From the IMG/VR virus record IMGVR_UViG_3300016476_001289: 64,000 bases of DNA; one strand, written 5' to 3'. Both the position numbers and the translations under genes were made by a program. The notes beneath the pieces were generated by a model, which saw only the letters and a program-made list of their open reading frames with translations, did no database searches and was not told the DNA's origin. Numbering within the stretch: the first letter of the stretch is position 1; the number at the start of each line of letters is the position of its first letter. Shown here piece after piece: positions 31,328-43,426 of the stretch. Source of the stretch: a virus.

Positions 31328-31424
31328 TATATGCAAAGAAGAAAAGTGTCAGCTATATACAGGTGTTTGAATCCTATGACTTTATAGGTTTTAACTTTTT
31401 CCCTATAAACGAGGTGGCGATAAG

Positions 31425-31506
31425 GGTCTAGACTTCTATCTTTTAAGACCTTAGATTTCTTGCTTTTGGATTAAAAAAAAATCTCAGTAGCGAGTTTTTA
31501 AACTCA
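31425..31506 (-). terminator. cassette end: hairpin, T-run and degenerate M1 pair
   Basis: gagtttttaaactc hairpin, A8 on the + strand, tagatttcttgc and ctagacttcta. Confidence 0.55.
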
Positions 31507-31698
31507 CTACTCAGCTCTATATTCATCGAACCATCTACCTACACGATTTGTGTATCTAATTCGCTCTGCACTTGTACAAGTGCTACTACTTGTTTCAGGG
31601 TTCGCACAATGTGCTTGGGCTTGTTCAAGAGTCAATCCTCTTTGGATAACTCTATTTGAGTTAGTTCTTTGAAAGTGTCTTACAATTTCGTATCTCAT
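31507..31698 (-). CDS. small hypothetical protein
   Basis: 63 aa, GLTLEQAQAHC motif. Confidence 0.6.
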   Translation of the reverse strand: MRYEIVRHFQRTNSNRVIQRGLTLEQAQAHCANPETSSSTCTSAERIRYTNRVGRWFDEYRAE

Positions 31699-31867
31699 TT
31701 TTTATCTCTTTCTATCATAGTATGATAAGGTGGATTTATTCATGTTTTTGAATTTTGGGAATAAACTAATATCTATCTTTTCACCATAGACATTAATTGA
31801 TTTAGGTTTTTGAATTTCTAAACCTAAGTAAAACGCTACTGCTTCAGATTGAAGCAATCCTAGATCT

Positions 31868-32104
31868 TTATTTCTTTTCATTTTGAATCTTTCCTATGAG
31901 TTTTGTCATTGTGTTTAAAATGTTCTCATTTGTCATCTCACAAGTCTTAGACTCGTAATGATCTTTATCATAAACTGTGACTTTTGATTTTGTTCTAAAG
32001 TGATGTATGATCACGAATAGTGACCCCGCATACACAATATCGCCATCTTCATTTATCTCAAAATTGAGATTTGTTAGTCTTTTTAAATATCCTACAAGTT
32101 CCAT
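31868..32104 (-). CDS. hypothetical protein
   Basis: 78 aa, SD aaagg. Confidence 0.55.
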   Translation of the reverse strand: MELVGYLKRLTNLNFEINEDGDIVYAGSLFVIIHHFRTKSKVTVYDKDHYESKTCEMTNENILNTMTKLIGKIQNEKK

Positions 32105-32231
32105 TTTTTACTGCCTTTCTTTATGATTGTTAGGTTTTTGTTTGTGTTGACCATTGCTTTAGCTTGGTGAAGCGTTAATTCACTAGCTATAGATTTTTTA
32201 CCCTTGCTTGTTTTATCAATCACAAAATACA

Positions 32232-32360
32232 TTATTCGTCTTCTTCCTCAAGGTAGGATTCAATGATAAATTCTTCAAATTTATCACATGAATCATCAGA
32301 TGATTCTAAACATTCTTCATCGACATATGATAAAATCATAAATTCTTCAAAGTCATTCAT
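32232..32360 (-). CDS. 42-aa very acidic peptide (not in the ORF track)
   Basis: MNDFEEFMILSYVDEECLESSDDSCDKFEEFIIESYLEEEDE; SD aaagga; first ORF after a promoter arm. Confidence 0.6.
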   Translation of the reverse strand: MNDFEEFMILSYVDEECLESSDDSCDKFEEFIIESYLEEEDE

Positions 32361-32696
32361 AGCTTAATCCTTTCATTGATTTATTGTTTTGCTATTTCCT
32401 ATACTCATTATATGTTTTAGGTGGAGTTTTTAAATCAGGTGAAAATGTTTATATATTTCAATAACTTACACGATTCGCCGCGCCACATAATATGTAGAAA
32501 TCTAAGGTGATATAAAAGGCTATTATGTAGAAATCTTGCATAGGGTCCGCATACTTTCACCCCACTTCCACCCCCACCCCTAGATTTCTACATATTAAAA
32601 GGCTAGATTTCTTCACAGGGGGTCCGCATACTTTTAGATTTCTTTCTCCTACCACAAAAAAAAACAACTCGATAAAGAGAAGCTTCTCTTTATCGA
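32361..32696. promoter_or_regulatory. M1/M2 junction: leftward promoter arm plus terminator of the upstream cassette
   Basis: AAAACATA (-) at 32411, IHF-like box at 32456, M1 at 32492 and 32525, M2 at 32543 and 32620, inverted M1 at 32581, hairpin cgataaagagaagcttctctttatcg. Confidence 0.8.
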
Positions 32697-33059
32697 TTAG
32701 GTTCTTTCAATAAATTTAGCAGTGAAAATCTCATTTTCAATTTTAACTTTATAATAATTTGAATATTGAAAATCATGATAATACTTTTTGCCGTCAATTA
32801 CTTCCCAGGTTTTATCGATAAAAAGTATAAATTCAACATTGATTAAATGGGTATTAAGATAAACTTCAGCATTTAAATCATAGTCTTTTATTCTAAAAGT
32901 AATATCTTGACATTTTTCAATCTCTTCATGAAATTTATTTTCTAATGAATGATGAATCTCTTGATAAACACTTTCAATCATAAAATCATCATGATTTTTT
33001 TCAATCATTCTCTTTATAAAGCCTCGCATACCTATTTCGTATCTTAACTCTCTAATCAT
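32697..33059 (-). CDS. hypothetical cassette protein
   Basis: SD aaagga favours ATG 33059 (MIRELR) over the ORF-track start at 33077. Confidence 0.6.
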   Translation of the reverse strand: MIRELRYEIGMRGFIKRMIEKNHDDFMIESVYQEIHHSLENKFHEEIEKCQDITFRIKDYDLNAEVYLNTHLINVEFILFIDKTWEVIDGKKYYHDFQYSNYYKVKIENEIFTAKFIERT

Positions 33060-33077
33060 AGCTTTAAATCCTTTCAT

Positions 33078-33556
33078 TGATTTATTTGTTAATTGCTATA
33101 CTCATTATATGTTTTAGGTGAGATTTTTAATATAGGTGAAAATGTTTATATATATCAATAACTTACACGATTCCCACATCCTGATAATATGTAGAAATCT
33201 AAAAGGATAAAATGTAGAAATCTAGGTGAAACCCCTATAATGTCCGCATACTTATCACCCCACCCTAGATTTCTACATATAAAGCCATAAGGATATTTTA
33301 TTCACCCAAATACATGGTCCGCATACTTTCACCATACTCGCCCTAGATTTCTACATTTTAGGGTATTTCTAATATTCACCTAGACCCCTTAGATTTCTAC
33401 ATATTATCAGTATATGTAAATCTCGTAAGTGATTAAAATGTATAGCTTTTTTTACCTACATTAAAATTATCACCTAAAACATATATTGAGTATAACTTAA
33501 CAACATAGATGATTGTTAAGTCTTTTAACATAGCTTAACATAAAGGATATAATGCT
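33078..33556. promoter_or_regulatory. divergent M1/M2/IHF-box element
   Basis: Perfect WATCAANNNNTTR at 33153-33165; M1 at 33189 and 33212; M2 at 33242 and 33316; inverted M1 at 33266, 33344 and 33390. Confidence 0.85.
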
Positions 33557-34057
33557 ATGACAAGTTTCAATAAAACTCAATTTCTTTCTCAATTTGCTTC
33601 TTTTACTCCTAAAAATGAATGGGAAGAAAAATTTAGTAAATCTCTTCACCGACAAGTAGAAAAGTATGGTAAAGAGTTATCTGAAAAACAAATTGAATGT
33701 TGGACAAAATTAATTGCTCCTAAGACTCAAGTTAAGGTAGAATCTTTATCTGAAACTGCTTTAAGTGAATTAACAAAAGCAAATAATGTTCTTGTTTATG
33801 CTACTGAAGTTAAAGATATTGAATTTGCTAAAAGCTTAAAATCTCAAATTTTAGAAGGTAAAGAACTTAGCTCAAAACAAGCTTATTTCTTAGGATTAAT
33901 TGAGAAAAGAGTAAGCCCAAAGGTTGAAGCTCCTAAGGTTGAAACTGCTAAAGCTCCTAAGACTGCTAAAGCTAAGGTTGAAGCTCCTAAGGTTGAAGCT
34001 CCTAAGACTGCTAAAACTGCTAAAGCTAAAAAAGAAGTAAAAACATTACCATTCTAA
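33557..34057 (+). CDS. cassette protein with two LS.KQ motifs and a Lys/Ala/Pro-rich tail; paralog of 61939..62394
   Basis: Near-identical N-terminal about 125 aa; APKVE/TAK repeats. Confidence 0.75.
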   Translation: MTSFNKTQFLSQFASFTPKNEWEEKFSKSLHRQVEKYGKELSEKQIECWTKLIAPKTQVKVESLSETALSELTKANNVLVYATEVKDIEFAKSLKSQILEGKELSSKQAYFLGLIEKRVSPKVEAPKVETAKAPKTAKAKVEAPKVEAPKTAKTAKAKKEVKTLPF

Positions 34058-34066
34058 TTAGCTTGT

Positions 34067-34226
34067 CTTAACTAGCTTATTGACTTAATTGTCTTTAAGC
34101 TAGTTAAGGTTTTTTTTTGTTTAGGAAGCAAGAAGTCTATCCTACCCCCTAGCAGATAAAGAAATCTAGCCTTTAATATGTAGAAATCTAGGGTGGTAAA
34201 TAAATTGATATTTTTGTATGCGACCC
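34067..34226 (+). terminator. cassette end: terminator, M1 pair and inverted M2
   Basis: 13-bp stem at 34067-34108, T-run, gaaatctag twice, gtatgcgacccc. Confidence 0.75.
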
Positions 34227-34799
34227 CTATAGACATACTTTATAGGTGGGTTTAGGTAATAGCTTAATAATATCTATCACATCTAAATTATCTATAATCC
34301 TAACTCTACCATCCTGAACACTCCCATCCTTAAATGAAGGGATTAAATCACCCATAGTCTTAGGTTGATAGACATCAAAAATATCTTTAGGGATTTTAAA
34401 TTCAGTAGGAACACTTGTCTTTTCAGCTAAGATATAATCTGGATCTAAATAAGCTAATACTTCACCTTTAACAGCAAAGATAAAAGGATCTGTTAAATTG
34501 GATCTATCTTTTAAACCTAAGCTATCAGATAAAACTTTAACCACATGGGTGATAACATTAGATTTTCCTCTTAATCTTTGGTGAAGTATAATATATTCAC
34601 CTTGAGTTTCTTTAAACTTATTAGGACAATGTGAATAAATATTACCTGTAGGTAAATTGACACCTAAAGAGATAGGTGTCAATAAAGAACTTTTTGTTTT
34701 AGGTTTAGAATGTATAGAACATAAACCATCTTTTTCTTGGTGAAGATATCCAAACTTATTAGGATTCTCCTGATGATTAATTAACTTATGATAGATCAT
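34227..34799 (-). CDS. hypothetical protein
   Basis: 190 aa, SD aaggag. Confidence 0.6.
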   Translation of the reverse strand: MIYHKLINHQENPNKFGYLHQEKDGLCSIHSKPKTKSSLLTPISLGVNLPTGNIYSHCPNKFKETQGEYIILHQRLRGKSNVITHVVKVLSDSLGLKDRSNLTDPFIFAVKGEVLAYLDPDYILAEKTSVPTEFKIPKDIFDVYQPKTMGDLIPSFKDGSVQDGRVRIIDNLDVIDIIKLLPKPTYKVCL

Positions 34800-34935
34800 A
34801 TAAACTCCTTATAGGTGAATAAAGATAAACCATATTATATTATTCACTTATAAGGCAGTATCTTCACCTTAAGATTATCACCTATAAGATTCACCTATAG
34901 GATTAGTCTATAATAATATAATATTATAGTCAGTA

Positions 34936-35036
34936 CATAATACTATTATAGACTATATAATATACTAAGAAGAATATAATACTATTATAGACTATAATAT
35001 ACTTAAAAGACATAATACTATTATAGTCTATAATAC
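34936..35036 (+). repeat. three imperfect AT-rich direct repeats
   Basis: ataatactattatag(a/t)cta at about 34937, 34976 and 35012. Confidence 0.7.
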
Positions 35037-35117
35037 ACCTAAGAGAAACATAATATCTTATATACTGTTAGTCCTATATTTCCTATAATATAGTCCTATA
35101 AGGAGAAAGGACTCATT

Positions 35118-36248
35118 ATGTTAGATAAAGAAAAATTAGAAGAACTATTTAATCAATTCACCATTAAAGATATTAGTGGAATACTTAATACTAGTCCAGC
35201 TAATGTTAGAAAACATATTAAAATCTATGATCTAAAAAAACCTATCAGAGATAAAAACAAAAAAGCAATAGATCCTAATCTTATTCATTCTCTCTTTAAT
35301 GAAGGTAAATCTATAGTCCTTATAGCTAAAGAACTTAATGCTAGTTATGACTGTATAGCTAACTTCCTTAAACCATCTAAAATTAAAAACTCTAAATACT
35401 CCACCTTAAAAGTTTTATATGCCACCCAAAAGAAGTCTATTCCTGAAATTTCTAAAATTCTAAATATATCACCCACCACCATCTGGAGATGGATAAAGAG
35501 ATATAATTTACAAAGACACTCACCTATAACTAAACCCACCCTACAAGACCTGTATCTAAATAAAAAACTACCTATTTACCAAATAGCTAAAAAACTTAAT
35601 ATCCCTATTGATGATGTCTCCATAGCTATTAAAAACTATGACCTGAAAAACACCCACCCTCAAATCTCTAAAGAACAAATATTAAACTTTTACCCCGCCT
35701 TGTCTCTTAAAGAAACTTCTTCTATTTTAAATATCCCTATAACACACTTTATGAAACTCTTATCCTCCTATAATATACCTATAAGAAAAAAAGGTAAAAC
35801 ACCTATAACCATATCCCAAGAGGTCTTATCTGATTTATACATCACCCAAAATAAATCAATAGATGCCATCTCTACTATACTTAAAGTAAGCGATAAAGTT
35901 ATTAGACAGAGAATTAAACTCTATGGTCTTATTAAACACTCTAAAGCAACTAAAAATAAAGTCTTATCTATCTCTAAAAGAGAACTTGAAAACCTTTACT
36001 CTTTTGAAGGTATCAAAGCTGTCTGTTCTAAATTTAATGTCACTCTTAAAGCTGTTAAAGATGCCCTAGATAAATATGGTATTCTCCACAATAGTAATAA
36101 ACTCCCTAAAGAAAGAATTATAGACCTATATGTAAATACCTATGCTGTATATAAAGCACATATAGCTATTGATGAAATAGCTAAAGAACTTAATCTATCA
36201 AGAAGAGAAATTACAGAGTTTATAAGATATAATAAAATTAAAAGATAG
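35118..36248 (+). CDS. tandem multi-HTH DNA-binding protein
   Basis: About 8 HTH-like repeats (e.g. SIPEISKILNISPTTIWRWIKRYNL). Confidence 0.7.
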   Translation: MLDKEKLEELFNQFTIKDISGILNTSPANVRKHIKIYDLKKPIRDKNKKAIDPNLIHSLFNEGKSIVLIAKELNASYDCIANFLKPSKIKNSKYSTLKVLYATQKKSIPEISKILNISPTTIWRWIKRYNLQRHSPITKPTLQDLYLNKKLPIYQIAKKLNIPIDDVSIAIKNYDLKNTHPQISKEQILNFYPALSLKETSSILNIPITHFMKLLSSYNIPIRKKGKTPITISQEVLSDLYITQNKSIDAISTILKVSDKVIRQRIKLYGLIKHSKATKNKVLSISKRELENLYSFEGIKAVCSKFNVTLKAVKDALDKYGILHNSNKLPKERIIDLYVNTYAVYKAHIAIDEIAKELNLSRREITEFIRYNKIKR

Positions 36249-36288
36249 GTATTATATATAGCCCACTCATATTAGAATAAGGATATAT

Positions 36289-36540
36289 ATGCTATATACT
36301 GAACCTGAATTAGAAGATATTGATATTAATGAAGATGAAGATATAATTTTCATCTTACATAAAGGTGGAGACTTTTCTATTATTCCACCTGAAGATGAAG
36401 ATAAAGTTTCCCATATACAAGTATTACTACTAGAACAAATATTAGTATCTGTAAGACCTTCTATATTTTTATTGATCGCCCTTAAAACAGAAATTGCTTT
36501 TGTAAAGTTATGGAACTGGATTGTAAATAGAGATTCTTGA
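36289..36540 (+). CDS. family C small protein
   Basis: P(E/K)D...PS.F/W L...L..E..F motif shared with 52803 and the C-terminus of 53350. Confidence 0.5.
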   Translation: MLYTEPELEDIDINEDEDIIFILHKGGDFSIIPPEDEDKVSHIQVLLLEQILVSVRPSIFLLIALKTEIAFVKLWNWIVNRDS

Positions 36541-36601
36541 CATTTACATTTATGGTATTATATATAACCAAACTTCACCCTATATATAGGAGATTATATA
36601 A

Positions 36602-36862
36602 ATGAGCATTATTAAGCCCCTTAGAGATTCCGTTCTCATTAAAAAAGACACACCTGATGTAAAAACCGCTAGTGGTTTATATATCCCTGCTACAAGTAAT
36701 ACTAATCAAACCACAGGCACTGTTGTTGCCGTTGGTAAAGATGTTAAAGAAATTAGTGTTAATGACACCGTTGTGTTCCTATCCCCTGGTATTGAACTCA
36801 CCCAAGATAATCAAAAAGTTTATCTTATGAGTGAAACAGATATTCTCGCTATACTTGGATAA
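36602..36862 (+). CDS. groES: co-chaperonin GroES
   Basis: IKPLRDSVLI, KTASGLYIP mobile loop, GTVVAVG, MSETDILAI. Confidence 0.9.
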   Translation: MSIIKPLRDSVLIKKDTPDVKTASGLYIPATSNTNQTTGTVVAVGKDVKEISVNDTVVFLSPGIELTQDNQKVYLMSETDILAILG

Positions 36863-36864
36863 CC

Positions 36865-38701
<1,837 letters not shown>

Positions 38702-38705
38702 AATA

Positions 38706-39254
38706 CTAAATAGTGGTTTGAGATAATGTATATTTAACACCGAAGTGTAAAGATTTACCACCTGGTCTAGACCCTTTCTTTAAGGTGCTTTTTTTAGCCC
38801 ATAAGAATTGATCTGTTTCACCATCATTAGAAACCAAGTTCCATTTTTCTTTTTGATCTAATGTAATATCAGCTATAAAAGTAATATATCTAAAACCACA
38901 ATCTTCATATTCAGTTTTCTTAATGATTTGAGCATTATTGAATTTAGGTGGTAAAGAACCACATTCTTCTTTAACTTCTTTTCTAGCTGTTCTTAAAAAT
39001 ATAGTGTCATTAGTAATAGGATCATCTATAGGTGTATCATTCCAATCTTCACCACCTAACCCACCACCTGCAATCCCCCATGTGTTAGGTTGATCTACCC
39101 AGGATGCTCTTAAAAGAAGTAATACGGTATCGTCTTCAGAACAGATAAACATCATACCTGCTCCTCCCTTACCCCAATATTGTTTTTTCTTACATTTAGC
39201 AAATAAAGACTTTGCTATCCTATTTAAGATCTTAGATTTCTTATTGTCTAACAT
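38706..39254 (-). CDS. NUDIX hydrolase
   Basis: LLLLRA...WGIAGG...ARKEVKEECG Nudix box with an insertion. Confidence 0.75.
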   Translation of the reverse strand: MLDNKKSKILNRIAKSLFAKCKKKQYWGKGGAGMMFICSEDDTVLLLLRASWVDQPNTWGIAGGGLGGEDWNDTPIDDPITNDTIFLRTARKEVKEECGSLPPKFNNAQIIKKTEYEDCGFRYITFIADITLDQKEKWNLVSNDGETDQFLWAKKSTLKKGSRPGGKSLHFGVKYTLSQTTI

Positions 39255-39299
39255 ATTAATATCTCTCCCTTATGTTTCTTTACACATAAGAAAGAGATA

Positions 39300-40214
39300 T
39301 TATAAAGATATTAATTGCTCTGCTAAACTTAATACATCCTTAGACCAGTATTGTGAAGGTCTAGGTTTAGATGTAGTACCTACAATAGCTTCACAAGTAG
39401 TAATACTATCTATCCATTGTTTAGGTAGAGATTTAAGACCATAAACAGCACCAAATAAAGCACCTAAGATCGCACTATGGGTATCCGCATCACCCCCTTT
39501 TCTTATAGTTATATCTAGTGCCTTAACTATATCTCCTGTATGATATAGGTGATACATAGCATTCTGAATACCTACAAGACAAGTGCCTTTAAACATATTA
39601 GTAGGTGCTTTAGTTTTAGCTTGTATTAAAGTTTCTCTTACCTTAGGTATAGTCGCCCAATCTACCATTTGTTGAAATAAATCTTTAGGTGCTATATCTG
39701 ATCTAATAGCAAGACTAATAGCCCTAGCATATATACTATTTACTTCAAAGACAATATCATTTTCATGAGTACATTCAGCATCAGCAATAGCTAATGCACC
39801 TACTATATCTAAGTCTTTATTTACACCATATATACCTATAGGGGCAATTCTCATAAGAGCACCATTAGATATAGATTCAGGGTTATACAAGTCATGCCAT
39901 AAAGCATTACTTGTAGTAGTGCCTATATCAAAAGGCTTACTCTCAGACCAATCTTTATAAGCATTTAAGACATTAGTGTAATTAAACTCTTTATCTCTAA
40001 TAAGAGTCCTAGCAAGAGTGATAGCAAGTTCACCATCATCAGTAGGTTGACCTGCTCTTAAATCAAAAGTGCCACCTCTATTTATTAGATCTTTAAACCC
40101 TTTAGGGTAAAGAGATTTTACAATATCAGGTGATTGAAATTCAACTAATGCACCTAAGTTATCACCTGCAATTAAACCTGCAAAGCAACCTTGAGCTTTT
40201 TCTAATACATTCAT
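39300..40214 (-). CDS. ADP-ribosylglycohydrolase (ARH/DraG family)
   Basis: GDNLGALVEF, PTDDGE, SNGALMRIAP, GGDADT motifs. Confidence 0.9.
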   Translation of the reverse strand: MNVLEKAQGCFAGLIAGDNLGALVEFQSPDIVKSLYPKGFKDLINRGGTFDLRAGQPTDDGELAITLARTLIRDKEFNYTNVLNAYKDWSESKPFDIGTTTSNALWHDLYNPESISNGALMRIAPIGIYGVNKDLDIVGALAIADAECTHENDIVFEVNSIYARAISLAIRSDIAPKDLFQQMVDWATIPKVRETLIQAKTKAPTNMFKGTCLVGIQNAMYHLYHTGDIVKALDITIRKGGDADTHSAILGALFGAVYGLKSLPKQWIDSITTCEAIVGTTSKPRPSQYWSKDVLSLAEQLISL

Positions 40215-40910
40215 TTATTTGTCCTTTCCTTTTACATATTTTTTAGCGATTCCATATTGTATCCTTAAATAAGATACAAGAGATTGACTGACCCCTAGAA
40301 TTTGAGCTATTTCACTTTGTTTTAAGTGGGAGAGTTTTTCTAGTTCTTCTTTAGAAGGTCTTTTGAGACCTAGATCAAGTTCCCTTCTCCATTTAACGAC
40401 AGTCCCTGCACTTACCTTATATTTAGTAGCAGTTTCATTTACACTTAAGTTTTTAAGATCTTCTCTAGGTGGTAAAGGTATCTTCCTAACTTTTCCTTTA
40501 GTGGGAAGGAAAGTAATCCCATATTCTTTTCCCCATAGAGAAACAGATTGTTTAGTAACACCATAAAATTCTGCTATTTGTTTTTGAGATAGGTGAGTTA
40601 ATTTTTCTAGTTCTTCTTTACTAGGTTTAATTATATCTTCTTTCTCTTTACGAGCAAATTTTAAATCATAAACCCTTGCCCATAGTCTTACACAAGATAT
40701 TTTAACTTGGTATTTCTCAGCTATTTGATATACATTTAAGTGGGAGAGTTTTTCTAGTTCTTCTTTACTAGGTCTTTTCTTAGAAAAAGAAATACCATAG
40801 GATTTAGAAACAGAATAAATCGTTGCTAAAGAGACACCTAGTTTTTCAGCTACCTGTTTGTAAGTTAGGTGGGTAAGTTCTTCTAATACTTCTCTAGTTA
40901 AAAAAGTCAT
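40215..40910 (-). CDS. tandem multi-HTH DNA-binding protein
   Basis: Five repeats of PSKEELEKL.HL...QIA...GVS. Confidence 0.75.
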   Translation of the reverse strand: MTFLTREVLEELTHLTYKQVAEKLGVSLATIYSVSKSYGISFSKKRPSKEELEKLSHLNVYQIAEKYQVKISCVRLWARVYDLKFARKEKEDIIKPSKEELEKLTHLSQKQIAEFYGVTKQSVSLWGKEYGITFLPTKGKVRKIPLPPREDLKNLSVNETATKYKVSAGTVVKWRRELDLGLKRPSKEELEKLSHLKQSEIAQILGVSQSLVSYLRIQYGIAKKYVKGKDK

Positions 40911-41141
40911 TTATTTGTTCCTTAAAAAGATTTTATGTGCAAGTGAGTAGTAATCTGCGTCATGTTCTTCTACTTCTACATAGGAAGTTTTATCCACAAT
41001 AGAATCCCAGTTATGGGGAATCTCATTTATACCGAATGGGTAAAAGAGATTTTCATTTTCATCATCTACAATAACATATAAAGTTCCACCTTCAAGTAAA
41101 TCTATTGAGTGGGAATTGAAGTGTATAATTGACTTGTACAT
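40911..41141 (-). CDS. hypothetical protein
   Basis: 76 aa, SD ggag. Confidence 0.5.
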   Translation of the reverse strand: MYKSIIHFNSHSIDLLEGGTLYVIVDDENENLFYPFGINEIPHNWDSIVDKTSYVEVEEHDADYYSLAHKIFLRNK

Positions 41142-41142
41142 T

Positions 41143-41910
41143 TTATTTACTCTCCTTATTAAGACAAGATAGTGTTTTTTGGATCATCTCAGCAGAAAGC
41201 ATACCTGCTTTTCTTTTAATGTTTAAAGTTAAATTGTTTAGATCTATAATATCAAAATCTTCTTTTATGTTTGTATTCCTGCCTAAATCATCTTCTACTT
41301 CTTTTTCAAGAGGAATGGTGAAAGTTGCAGAATCTTTATATCCATTGATACGAATTTTCTCTATTGTCTTAGAAGTTAAAAGTTTATATGTTTTACTAGA
41401 AGGCTTAGTCCATGTTGTGATACCGTTACCATCACAACTAAACCTTACTTCATTTGTAATCTTATGGGTGGTATTATCCGTGAACTTAAACTCTACGGTA
41501 TTAGAGTCATCATAGCATTTTATGTGGGATGCTATAAAAGACAATAGAATATCGCCTTTTAATAAAGTTACTTTAATCATAAGAAAGTTATTGTCTAAGG
41601 ATAAATGGAAGTATTTATTAGAATAAGAAAGACTACCATCAATTTCATCTTTAATTTCTTTAAAGAGAAACTTCTTACAATCCTCTTCAATAAAATTTCT
41701 TTTTCTCTCTAAGAGAAGTTCTGTTCTTAAATTCGTTTCTTCTCTTATATATTCTTGAGTTCGTCTTTTCTTCTCTTGTTCTATAAGAGTCTTTCTCTTT
41801 TCTTCTTCTTGTCTTAACTTTTCTTCTTTGTTAATTCCAGAATCTAAAGGTAATTCTTTAGTTTCAGTACAAGCAAAAACAAAACATACACATAACAATA
41901 AATATCTCAT
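41143..41910 (-). CDS. putative lipoprotein
   Basis: MRYLLLCVCFVFAC signal/lipobox-like N-terminus. Confidence 0.5.
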   Translation of the reverse strand: MRYLLLCVCFVFACTETKELPLDSGINKEEKLRQEEEKRKTLIEQEKKRRTQEYIREETNLRTELLLERKRNFIEEDCKKFLFKEIKDEIDGSLSYSNKYFHLSLDNNFLMIKVTLLKGDILLSFIASHIKCYDDSNTVEFKFTDNTTHKITNEVRFSCDGNGITTWTKPSSKTYKLLTSKTIEKIRINGYKDSATFTIPLEKEVEDDLGRNTNIKEDFDIIDLNNLTLNIKRKAGMLSAEMIQKTLSCLNKESK

Positions 41911-41911
41911 T

Positions 41912-42187
41912 TTATTTTCCTTCTTTTAGGGTTCGCATTTTATCTTCTAGTATAAGGTTTTCTTCTCTATACGCTCTTGATACTATCTCTAAAGTAAGAT
42001 AGTTATTTTTCATTCTCTCATATTTTTCTATATGTTCATAGATCAATGAGAATAGACTAAGCACCCAGGTGGTGCTCAATGGTATTGTAAAGGCAAATAA
42101 CAAAAAGACTTTTATCATCTCATTTTCTGTCTTTAAAAATACCGACCAACATATTGTGAGTAAACAAGTTATATATATCGTAATCAT
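41912..42187 (-). CDS. small membrane protein
   Basis: Two hydrophobic segments followed by a coiled coil. Confidence 0.5.
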   Translation of the reverse strand: MITIYITCLLTICWSVFLKTENEMIKVFLLFAFTIPLSTTWVLSLFSLIYEHIEKYERMKNNYLTLEIVSRAYREENLILEDKMRTLKEGK

Positions 42188-42188
42188 A

Positions 42189-42923
42189 TTAATGAGTGAA
42201 GTTATTTGTGATATACTCTACAAAAGTATCTCTTGGGATAGGTGGTATTTTACCAGCATCTACAAAATTATCTGTTCCTTTTACCCACATAGCTACTTTC
42301 ACTTGTGCTTCAATTTCCATATCACCTAAAATATAGGTGAGTCTTACATTAGTTCTCATATCTAATATATGTATATATGCTGAACGATTTTCAATATACA
42401 TCGTTATTTGCTTATCTATCTTTTTCTGAAACCCTTGAGCTATCTTATAGAAAGTATATGTTTCTATATTACTATCAATATTACATATCTTATTTTTGAA
42501 ATTAGAAGGATTAATATAACTTCCTGTTACAATATTTGTATACCATTTGGACATTAAATTCTTTACAATGGTATCTAATATAAGGTAGGTGTCATTTTGT
42601 AATTGATGACTTTTACTATAATATAGGATATTGTTATCTTTATGGTTTAATCGATTTGCTTCAAATAACTCCTGTGCTTTATGAAACTCACCCACTAAAG
42701 ATTTTATATTCTCTAAGAGATAATCTTCATTAAGATACTTTTTAAAATCTTCACCAAGTTTTAAATCTTCAACTTTATAATCTTTGTTGAGTCCTAAGTA
42801 TCTTCTTTGAGTCTTTTGTATTTTTTCAAGTAGATCTATTGATTCTCTAATAGAATCAATTTCTCTTAGAAATTTATTTTCAATGTCTTTTTTGTTTTGT
42901 AAATCTTCTACATAAGTTGTCAT
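42189..42923 (-). CDS. hypothetical protein
   Basis: 244-aa ORF in operon. Confidence 0.55.
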   Translation of the reverse strand: MTTYVEDLQNKKDIENKFLREIDSIRESIDLLEKIQKTQRRYLGLNKDYKVEDLKLGEDFKKYLNEDYLLENIKSLVGEFHKAQELFEANRLNHKDNNILYYSKSHQLQNDTYLILDTIVKNLMSKWYTNIVTGSYINPSNFKNKICNIDSNIETYTFYKIAQGFQKKIDKQITMYIENRSAYIHILDMRTNVRLTYILGDMEIEAQVKVAMWVKGTDNFVDAGKIPPIPRDTFVEYITNNFTH

Positions 42924-42929
42924 ATTTTT

Positions 42930-43145
42930 TTAGCCTTCAAAAGTTTCTGTTAATTCAATAGGTGTTTGGTTATTCATTTCATCTTGGATAATCTCTTTTG
43001 TTAAAGAGATAGCATTATAGATGTTTTTGTAATGTTGGTCCGCATTGTCTGTAATAAGACTCTCTTCAAGTAATGAGAGAATGCTTAAAATGTTAATTGT
43101 CTTAATCTCATAGAGTTTATTATCGACTACAATTTTTTTACTCAT
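42930..43145 (-). CDS. hypothetical protein
   Basis: 71 aa, SD aaagga. Confidence 0.5.
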   Translation of the reverse strand: MSKKIVVDNKLYEIKTINILSILSLLEESLITDNADQHYKNIYNAISLTKEIIQDEMNNQTPIELTETFEG

Positions 43146-43354
43146 AGTAAATCCTTTAAATGTTTAGCTTTTGTCTGGTGAATCCTATAAACTTCCATAC
43201 CATTAAATTCTATCATGTCACCTACTCTTGAAGTTCTTTTAAACTCATTAAGTTCAGTAACATCAATTTTATCCATTCTTAGAAAACGAATAAAATCTTC
43301 AAATTTAACAAGCAGGGGCATTGTCTCATTAACTTGTTTTAGTAGAACGAGCAT
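43142..43354 (-). CDS. hypothetical protein
   Basis: 70 aa, SD aaagga. Confidence 0.5.
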   Translation of the reverse strand: MLVLLKQVNETMPLLVKFEDFIRFLRMDKIDVTELNEFKRTSRVGDMIEFNGMEVYRIHQTKAKHLKDLL

Positions 43355-43426
43355 TTATTTTCCTTTCTTTGCTTTAATGTTTTCAATGATTATGTGATCT
43401 AACATAGTTTAGTTGTTCCTTTCTTA

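Noticed and set aside
31345-31385. tRNA-like fragment (ggtgtttgaatcc)
   Set aside because: Only a loose T-loop resemblance; no cloverleaf can be formed
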